DNA of 64,000 nucleotides from Candidatus Binataceae bacterium (GTDB lineage Bacteria; Desulfobacterota; Binatia; Binatales; Binataceae): NCBI GenBank assembly GCA_035524375.1, contig DATKOZ010000047.1, positions 113,347 to 177,346 of the forward strand, read 5' to 3'. Shown piece by piece: positions 57,647 to 64,000 of this stretch (position 1 is its first letter; each line of letters starts with the position of its first letter). The notes under the pieces were generated by a model. It saw only the letters and a program-made list of their open reading frames with translations, ran no database searches and was not told where the DNA came from. The position numbers and the translations under genes were made by a program.

Positions 57647-59170
57647 TCACCGCGTCATCGCGAACCACCGGCGCATCAGGGCCGCCACCCCCGGCGTAAG
57701 CCGCGTGCGCGTGTAGGCCAGCGCCGCACGCCGGATTGCGTCAGCCTGAGTTGGGTACGGATGAATCACTTCCCCGAGGCGTCCCAAGCCGATACTTCCG
57801 TCGATTGCAGCGGTTAGCTCGGTAATCATCTCACCCGCGTGGCTGGCAACAATCGTTGCGCCTAAAATCTCGTCGGTCCCCTCGCGGACAATCACTTTTA
57901 CAAACCCGTCGGTTTCGCTGTCGAGAAGCGCCCGATCGGTCTCCGCCAATTCCTGCGTAAAGGCGGTTACTTTTATGCCACGCCGGGCCGCTTCCCTCTC
58001 ATCGATACCGGTGTGCGCGATTTCCGGGTCGGTATAGGTACACCATGGGATCGTGAGTGCGCTTGCGCGCGCACGGCCGAAGAAGAGCGCATTGCGGATG
58101 ACGATCCGGGCGTGGGCGTCCGCGACATGAGTGAACTTGTAGGGCGAAACGGCATCCCCGGCCGCGTACACAAGTGGATTGGTGGTGCGCAGTCGATCAT
58201 CAACCGTGATGCCGCGTTGGCGATCGTACTCGATCATCGCAACTTCAAGATTGAGTCCTTCCACCGCAGGGACGCGTCCCGCTCCGACGAGGATTTCATC
58301 AACCGCAAGTTCGCGCCGTTCATCTTCGCGCTCGACGATCAAAATCCTCTCCTGCCCGCGCCGGGACACCTCGACGATTCTGCATCCCGTGGCGACTTCG
58401 ACGCCGTCGCGAACCATTGCACGTTCGAGAAATTGCACCGCCGCGAAATCCTTGCGGGGCAGGATCGAGGCTTCGGCCTCAAGGAGCGTGACCTCAGCGC
58501 CAAAGCGTCGAAACGCCTGTGCAAGTTCGCAGCCCAGCGGTCCACCGCCGATCACGGCGATTCGCCGCGGCAATTCCGTAAGCGAAAAGACTGTTTCATT
58601 GGTCAGATATCCGGCCTCCGCCAGCCCCGGGATTGGCGGCGCCGCCGCGCGCGCACCGGTTGCGATGGCGGCGCGCCTGAAGCGCAACCGTTTGCCGTCC
58701 ACTTCCACCACGTCCGGCGCGATGAACCGTCCGTCGCCGACAAATACATCGACACCAAGCTTGCTGAATCGCTCGGCCGAGTCGGCACGGCTCAACTCCG
58801 CGCGCAGCTTGCGCATCCGCTCCATCACGGCGGCAAAATTCACCCGCACGCCAGGCGGCACCTCGATGCCGAAGCGGGCCGCGTCACGGACTTCCGCAAG
58901 GGCGCGCGCCGCGCGAAGCAGCGCCTTGGACGGGACACATCCGAAATTCAGACAGTCGCCACCCATCATGTCGCGTTCCACAAGCGCGACCCTGGCGCCC
59001 AAGCCGACCGCTACGGAGGCAATCACCAGGCCGGCAGCGCCTGCTCCGATCACGACCAGGTTGTATTTGGACGCCGGCTCCGGATTAACCCAGCGGGCTG
59101 GATGTACCAATTCCGAAAGTTGGCGATTCCAGTCGTCGAGCGGCGGGTGGGTCAACGCGTGCAAGCCCAT
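57647..59170 (-). CDS. Class-I pyridine-nucleotide-disulfide oxidoreductase (dihydrolipoyl-dehydrogenase/mercuric-reductase-like)
   Basis: VVIGAGAAGLVIA...GGDCLNFGCVPSK redox-active disulfide, NADH-binding GGGPLGCELA, and C-terminal dimerisation domain with HPYPTQ. There is no C-terminal Cys pair, so not a bona fide MerA. Confidence 0.8.
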   Translation of the reverse strand: MGLHALTHPPLDDWNRQLSELVHPARWVNPEPASKYNLVVIGAGAAGLVIASVAVGLGARVALVERDMMGGDCLNFGCVPSKALLRAARALAEVRDAARFGIEVPPGVRVNFAAVMERMRKLRAELSRADSAERFSKLGVDVFVGDGRFIAPDVVEVDGKRLRFRRAAIATGARAAAPPIPGLAEAGYLTNETVFSLTELPRRIAVIGGGPLGCELAQAFRRFGAEVTLLEAEASILPRKDFAAVQFLERAMVRDGVEVATGCRIVEVSRRGQERILIVEREDERRELAVDEILVGAGRVPAVEGLNLEVAMIEYDRQRGITVDDRLRTTNPLVYAAGDAVSPYKFTHVADAHARIVIRNALFFGRARASALTIPWCTYTDPEIAHTGIDEREAARRGIKVTAFTQELAETDRALLDSETDGFVKVIVREGTDEILGATIVASHAGEMITELTAAIDGSIGLGRLGEVIHPYPTQADAIRRAALAYTRTRLTPGVAALMRRWFAMTR

Positions 59171-59228
59171 CGATAGTCTCCCTTCGGATTCATAAGGCCG
59201 GCTGCTTCATGGCAGTGTGCGGAGCGCC

Positions 59229-59234
59229 TATAAT
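59229..59234 (+). promoter_or_regulatory. Consensus TATAAT -10 hexamer 25 nt upstream of moaB ATG
   Basis: gcgccTATAATggcatcgcGGAGGGcgtaatcgaaATG. The -35 (TTCATG at 17-bp spacing) is weak. Confidence 0.3.
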
Positions 59235-59258
59235 GGCATCGCGGAGGGCGTAATCGAA

Positions 59259-59756
59259 ATGTCCGTCAACGAGCATAAGCGAAGCGCACGCACCAACCTG
59301 CGAATCGGAGTAATTACGGCAAGCGATTCGCGTACCCCCGAAACCGATCAAAGCGGCAAGCTGATTCGTGAGATGCTCGAAGCGGCTGGCCACAGCGTCG
59401 ACTATTACGAGGTGATACGCGAGGAGCCGCAGCGCCTATCTGGAGCGATCGCCGCAAACTTGGCCAATGTCGACGCGATAATCGTCAACGGTGGGACCGG
59501 TATCACCTCGCACGATCACAGTGCCGATGTCGTCCGGCCGCTGCTCGATAAAGAGCTGGAAGGCTTTGGCGAAATTTTCCGGATGCTTTCATATCAGGAC
59601 ATCGGCTCAGCCGCGATCATGAGCCGCGCAATTGCCGGCGTGCGCCAGGGGAAGTTTATTGTTGCGATTCCGGGCTCGCCCGGGGCGTGCAGGCTCGCGA
59701 TGGAAAAACTAATCCTTCCGGAGATTGGGCACATCGCGGCACTGCTCGAACGATGA
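59259..59756 (+). CDS. moaB: Molybdenum cofactor biosynthesis protein MoaB/MogA family
   Basis: LRIGVITASDSR...IIVNGGTGITSHD...IPGSPGA are the MoaB/MogA signatures. Confidence 0.8.
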   Translation: MSVNEHKRSARTNLRIGVITASDSRTPETDQSGKLIREMLEAAGHSVDYYEVIREEPQRLSGAIAANLANVDAIIVNGGTGITSHDHSADVVRPLLDKELEGFGEIFRMLSYQDIGSAAIMSRAIAGVRQGKFIVAIPGSPGACRLAMEKLILPEIGHIAALLER

Positions 59757-59757
59757 G

Positions 59758-60459
59758 ATGAAGCGGCTGACGCTCAAGTTGTTTGCGGCGCTGCGCGAGC
59801 GCGCAAATGCCACCGAATTGATACGCGAGTTTCCCGACGGAGCGACCGTCGATGAAATTTGGGCCGCCCTCAAGAGCGAATTCCCGGCGCTTTCCAGCCA
59901 TCGCGATTCTGTAGGATTTGCCGTCAATCACAACTATGTCGAAGGCGGCTTCAAACCGCGTGAGGGCGATGAAGTCGCGTTCATTCCTCCGGTCAGCGGC
60001 GGCAGCGATGCGCCGCGATGGGCGGGCACGGTGACGATCGGCCGCGATCCAATCGACGTCGGCGCGCTGGAGCGGGAGGTCGCCGATCCAGCCGCTGGAG
60101 CAATCGTCACGTTCGCTGGCGCAACCCGCCGTGACAACGCCGGGCGTCGCGTAATCCGGCTGGAATACGAAGCTTACGAGCCGATGGCGCTCCTGGAGAT
60201 ACGCAAGCTCGCGCGCGAAGCGGGCGAACGATGGAACATCGTGCGGATTGCGATTGCACATCGTGTCGGGAAGGTCGAAATCGGCGAGACTTCGGTTGCG
60301 ATCGCGGTCTCCGCACCGCATCGCGCGGAAGCCTTCGAGGCTTGCCGCTTCGCGATCGATCGCATCAAAGAGGTCGTCCCGATTTGGAAGAAGGAGTTTT
60401 TCGAAGGCGGCGAGCTCTGGGTCGGGTGCCAGACCTCCCACCCGCCCGCGCCGGATTGA
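59758..60459 (+). CDS. Fused molybdopterin synthase MoaD (sulfur carrier) - MoaE (catalytic subunit)
   Basis: The N-terminal 85 aa is MoaD-like, ending in ...PPVSGG (C-terminal Gly-Gly is internal here). The following 150 aa are MoaE-like (IVTFAGATRRDNAGRRVIRLEYEAYEPMA...IAHRVGKVEIGETSVAIAVSAPHR). The ATG overlaps the moaB stop. Confidence 0.8.
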   Translation: MKRLTLKLFAALRERANATELIREFPDGATVDEIWAALKSEFPALSSHRDSVGFAVNHNYVEGGFKPREGDEVAFIPPVSGGSDAPRWAGTVTIGRDPIDVGALEREVADPAAGAIVTFAGATRRDNAGRRVIRLEYEAYEPMALLEIRKLAREAGERWNIVRIAIAHRVGKVEIGETSVAIAVSAPHRAEAFEACRFAIDRIKEVVPIWKKEFFEGGELWVGCQTSHPPAPD

Positions 60460-60540
60460 AGAATTCCGTCGCCCAGGCGTCAGTTATAATGCCGATGATC
60501 TGCTTCCGCCGCCGCGTGGTTGACGAGGCCGGAGAGTAAA

Positions 60541-61371
60541 ATGGTGCGTTTCCTGCTGATTAGGCTGGCCAGACTGACCGTCATCGCCGCCCTGACGGCA
60601 TACGGAGGCCTGTTCGCAATGCAACGGCAAATGCTGTATCCGGGTCACACGCATCGAATTCCGATGGGAAAGCCTGAGGACTATCAACTGAAGGATTTTT
60701 CCGAGGTTCACTTAAGCACCGACGATGGCGTGCGCATTATGGGTTGGGTGCATCCGCCGGCGAAGGGCATGCCGGTCATTCTCTTTTTTCACGGAAATGG
60801 TGAGCAAATCTCCAATCGCGCCGAACTATTCCGCCAATTTGCCGACGATGGTTATGGCGTCTTCGCGCTGGAATACCGCGGATATGGGAACAGCGATGGT
60901 TCACCAAGCGAGGAAGGCCTGTACTCCGACGCGCGTGCCGCATGCCATCTCCTGAAGAACTCGTACCCCGATTCGGGAATCATTGCGTTCGGCGAATCAC
61001 TGGGTTCGGGGATCGCAGTCGAAATGGCGAAAGAATTTCCGGTGACCGGACTGGTTCTTGAAAGTGCCTATACGTCAATTCCGAATCGCGCCTCTGAAAT
61101 CTTCTGGTTTATGCCCGGCGTACAGCTTCTGGCGCGGGATCGATTTGACTCAATTTCGAAGATTGGCGAGATACATTGCCCGATACTTATTTTGCATGGC
61201 GACCTCGATACGATAATTCCAATCGCACATGGCGAGAAACTGTCCGCTGCAGCAACATCGCGCAAGCAGTTCATCGTCGTGCACGGAGCAGGGCATATCG
61301 TGCCGGATCCCCCGACGATTAAGGCCGTAAACGACTTTTTTGGCGAATCCAGCCACACAAGAGCGCAATAG
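60541..61371 (+). CDS. Alpha/beta-hydrolase (BEM46/S9-like) with N-terminal membrane anchor
   Basis: N-terminal TM, then VILFFHGNGE...AFGESLGSGIAVE (GxSxG) ...ILHGDLDTIIP...GAGH. ATG 60541 follows GGAGAG (track ORF starts at TTG 60520). Confidence 0.75.
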   Translation: MVRFLLIRLARLTVIAALTAYGGLFAMQRQMLYPGHTHRIPMGKPEDYQLKDFSEVHLSTDDGVRIMGWVHPPAKGMPVILFFHGNGEQISNRAELFRQFADDGYGVFALEYRGYGNSDGSPSEEGLYSDARAACHLLKNSYPDSGIIAFGESLGSGIAVEMAKEFPVTGLVLESAYTSIPNRASEIFWFMPGVQLLARDRFDSISKIGEIHCPILILHGDLDTIIPIAHGEKLSAAATSRKQFIVVHGAGHIVPDPPTIKAVNDFFGESSHTRAQ

Positions 61372-61420
61372 CGGCGAAGTCTTATTGACCCGGCTGGAGC
61401 CGGCAGGTTACATAGACCTG

Positions 61421-62365
61421 ATGACAGCGGCGAAAAATTCGTCGGTTACGAGAATCATTCTGGCCGAGCCGCGCGGTTTTTGTGCCGGGGTCGATCGCGC
61501 GGTCGAAGCGGTGCGCGGCGCCCTTCGCGCGTATGGTCGTCCCCTCTACGTGCGCCATCAGATCGTTCACAACCGCTTCGTGCTCGAAGCATTGGAAAAA
61601 GAAGGCGCGGTATTCGTCGAGAGCCTGGATGAAGTGCCCGCGGGCCAGCGCGTGATATTCAGCGCGCATGGCGTCGCTCCCAGTGAATGGGATCGCGCCA
61701 AGGGCCGTAATCTGCGCGTGATCGACGCCACCTGCCCGCTCGTAACCAAGGTTCATTCAGAAGTTGAAAAGTACGCCAGCGAGGGGCGCACGGTAATCTT
61801 GATCGGGCACGCGGGCCACGAGGAGGTGAAGGGCACCGTCGGTGTTGCGCCCGGCAAGGTAATTTTGGTCGGCACCGTCGCCGAAGCGCGCGCCATCAAT
61901 GTGGAAGATCCGGCGCGGATCGCGGTGGTTACGCAAACTACGCTCAGCGTGGACGATACCCGCGAGATAATGGAAGCGCTGAAAGAGCGGTTCCCGACGA
62001 TGCTATCGCCCAAGACCGACGACATCTGTTACGCGACGCAAAACCGGCAAAATGCCGTCAAGGAGCTGGTGGGAGTGACCGACGCGGTACTTGTGGTCGG
62101 CTCCAAGCAGAGCTCCAACGCCAATCGGCTGGTCGAAGTAGCGCGTACGCGCGGAGCCCGCGCGTTCCTGGTAGATTCAATCGCTGACGTCGAGCCGGCG
62201 ATGCTCGACGGCGTGCGATCGCTGGGTCTTACAGCAAGCGCGTCGTCACCCGAATGGCTGGTCGAGGAAATTATCGGTGCGTTTGCGAAGGGCGGCGCGG
62301 AAGTTGAATTGCTGAGCGTCGCCAAAGAGCGCGTCCATTTCCCGCTCCCGATGCCGGCCGACTGA
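61421..62365 (+). CDS. ispH: 4-hydroxy-3-methylbut-2-enyl diphosphate reductase IspH
   Basis: RIILAEPRGFCAGVDRAV...SAHGV...DATCPLVTKVH...TTLS has the three conserved Cys and His/Glu motifs of IspH/LytB. Confidence 0.9.
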   Translation: MTAAKNSSVTRIILAEPRGFCAGVDRAVEAVRGALRAYGRPLYVRHQIVHNRFVLEALEKEGAVFVESLDEVPAGQRVIFSAHGVAPSEWDRAKGRNLRVIDATCPLVTKVHSEVEKYASEGRTVILIGHAGHEEVKGTVGVAPGKVILVGTVAEARAINVEDPARIAVVTQTTLSVDDTREIMEALKERFPTMLSPKTDDICYATQNRQNAVKELVGVTDAVLVVGSKQSSNANRLVEVARTRGARAFLVDSIADVEPAMLDGVRSLGLTASASSPEWLVEEIIGAFAKGGAEVELLSVAKERVHFPLPMPAD

Positions 62366-62501
62366 TCCGCGCCGACTTAAGCCGCCACCATTCCAATCGT
62401 GGAGTTTCTTCATTTCACCTTGACAACCGCGTGCTCATACCTGCATTCTGGGTCGGATTTCCCGGCTTCAAGTTAATAAAAGCAATTATAGGTGACGTTC
62501 G

Positions 62502-63377
62502 ATGCGAAGTTTGTGGATGCGCGTGCTGCTGATTCCGATGCTGCTGGCGGTCCCGCTCGCCGGTGGCTGCCAGTCCGAGTCCAAGCAGCATCTCTACGCG
62601 GCCGATGATCTTGCCAAAAAGCAGGACTACGAGGGCGCACGCAAGGAACTGGAATTGGCTATCCAGGCCGATCCAAACAATCTCGAGGCACACGACTCGC
62701 TTGCCCACATCGCCGAAGTACTCGGGGATCAGGAGCTTGCCGGAAAGGAATTCGACCGCGCGTCGGAGCTCGATCCGACCGATCAGCACCTGATGGACGA
62801 GGCACGCCGGTACCGGCAACTCAAACTACTGGCCAACTCGTCGGACAAGGCGCTTGCCGACATCAAGGCAGGGCAGATCGACGATGGTGTCAGCGCGCTA
62901 AAGGATCTTGTGCGGAACCGGGCCGTACATGACAAGGCGCTCCAAGCGCTGGCCGCGGCGATCCCAGAAATCGAAAAGCAGGGGGATCAGCAGGCCGCTG
63001 AAAAAAAATATACCGACGCTTTCGATACCTACAACAAGGGGCTTCATGCCGCGATGCTGCTGACGACGGCACGCCAGGCGCAGCAATTGGAGCCCGAGGC
63101 CGACCCTATTCTGCAGAAGGCGATCGATGCCGCCCACGCGGCCGGCACCAATGACGCTGCCTTTAATCTGCTTCAAGACGTAGTAAGCAAATATCCGGAC
63201 GACAAGACCGCAAACCTGGCGCTGGCCAACATTTACCTCGCCCAGAAGCCCCCTGATTACGACAGCGCCGCGGATCTCGAGGAACGGGCCGGCGCGCCGG
63301 ACGACGAAGTTGCAAAGCTGCGCGCCAAGGCCAAGAAGCACCACAAGGAACCGGCCGCCACTGACGGTAATGGGTAA
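62502..63377 (+). CDS. TPR-like repeat lipoprotein
   Basis: Lipobox LAGGC. Helical TPR-like repeats (YEGARKELELAIQADPNNLEAHDSLAHI...). Confidence 0.6.
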   Translation: MRSLWMRVLLIPMLLAVPLAGGCQSESKQHLYAADDLAKKQDYEGARKELELAIQADPNNLEAHDSLAHIAEVLGDQELAGKEFDRASELDPTDQHLMDEARRYRQLKLLANSSDKALADIKAGQIDDGVSALKDLVRNRAVHDKALQALAAAIPEIEKQGDQQAAEKKYTDAFDTYNKGLHAAMLLTTARQAQQLEPEADPILQKAIDAAHAAGTNDAAFNLLQDVVSKYPDDKTANLALANIYLAQKPPDYDSAADLEERAGAPDDEVAKLRAKAKKHHKEPAATDGNG

Positions 63378-63434
63378 AACTGCGACCGGAATGCACTCGC
63401 GCGACCGGGAAAATAACGGCACAATCTATCCTCG

Positions 63435-64000
63435 ATGCGCCGGCGCGGCTATATCGCGGTCGAGGGGCCTATAGGGGTTGGCAAGACCAGCCTCGCACAG
63501 GCGCTCGGGCGCGAGTTGAATGCACGGATTCTGCTCGAAGACGCGGACAACAATCCGTTCCTTCCGCGCTTCTATCAGGATCCGGACAAATTCGCATTTC
63601 CCGCACAGCTTTACTTTCTCCTCACGCGATACAGCCAGCAGCGCGAATTGTTACAGGCCGATCTGTTCGCGCAGGCAACCGTTGCCGACTACTTGTTCGC
63701 CAAGGACCGGATCTTTGCCGCGATGAATCTCGCGCCGGACGAACTAAAACTCTACGAGAATGTCTATCAGTTGCTCGACGCGAAGATGGTCAAGCCGGAC
63801 CTCGTCGTCTATGTGCGCGCCTCGGTGGACGTCCTCGCCGAACGGCTGCGAAAGCGAAATCGCGATTTCGAGCGATACATCAGCTACGAATACCTGGAAC
63901 GCGTGTCGTCGGCCTATCGCGATTTTTTCTTTGCCTACGACGAGGCGCCGCTGTTGGTCGCCGACACTTCGGAAATCGACTTCGTGGCCGATCCCGAGGA
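63435..64000 (+). CDS. Deoxynucleoside kinase family protein (5'-partial at window end)
   Basis: IAVEGPIGVGKTSLAQAL (P-loop) ...ERY.. pattern and LID region RLRKRNRDFE, typical of dAK/dGK/dCK kinases. No stop before the window end. Confidence 0.75.
   Translation, partial: MRRRGYIAVEGPIGVGKTSLAQALGRELNARILLEDADNNPFLPRFYQDPDKFAFPAQLYFLLTRYSQQRELLQADLFAQATVADYLFAKDRIFAAMNLAPDELKLYENVYQLLDAKMVKPDLVVYVRASVDVLAERLRKRNRDFERYISYEYLERVSSAYRDFFFAYDEAPLLVADTSEIDFVADPE

Overview
This is a 64-kb, high-GC (roughly 62-65% by eye) chromosomal segment from a diderm (Gram-negative-type) bacterium. Supporting signs: an OmpA/Pal-like lipoprotein, a NodT/TolC-type outer membrane factor, a Tat-signal DUF882 protein, PpiD, and a LysM-YkuD L,D-transpeptidase. 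I can support about 60 protein-coding genes and 2 tRNAs (tRNA-Ala-CGC at 12727-12802, tRNA-Leu-CAA at 42146-42231). I see no rRNA, no CRISPR array and no transposase or integrase. Core genes include mreB-mreC, ppiD, gloA, queE, a dksA-like gene, galU, a thiolase with a TlpA-like gene, bolA with a Grx4-type glutaredoxin, katG, an AKR, an LLM/F420-type oxidoreductase, a GT2-SDR-Gfo/Idh/MocA trio, a haloalkane dehalogenase, a Zn-ADH, a biotin carboxylase (apparently frameshifted from its BCCP part), cspA, moaB, a fused moaD-moaE, ispH and a dNK-type kinase. Three segments look accessory (lower GC by eye, secreted or large repeat proteins, truncated neighbours). (1) A tRNA-Ala-adjacent islet (12.8-16.0 kb): an ASH/choice-of-anchor-D-like repeat protein, a secreted protein with a caspase-like His...Cys arrangement, and a truncated HlyD-type remnant. 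(2) An OMF-MFP-RND-RND efflux operon (16.7-25.9 kb) preceded by a palindrome-rich 0.7-kb leader. (3) A 26.4-36.9 kb block of giant secreted beta-propeller/NHL proteins that share a C-terminal module, plus a TetR gene. The best candidate for an undescribed system is at 32.5-36.9 kb: the TetR gene, a perfect 23-bp palindromic operator abutting a TTGACA -35, then a 918-aa secreted protein combining QxW (ricin-B-like) motifs with a helical domain carrying a long Gly-containing hydrophobic hairpin (alpha-pore-forming-toxin-like), then a ferric-reductase-like membrane protein. All domain calls are from reading motifs in the translated ORFs; no database searches were run.
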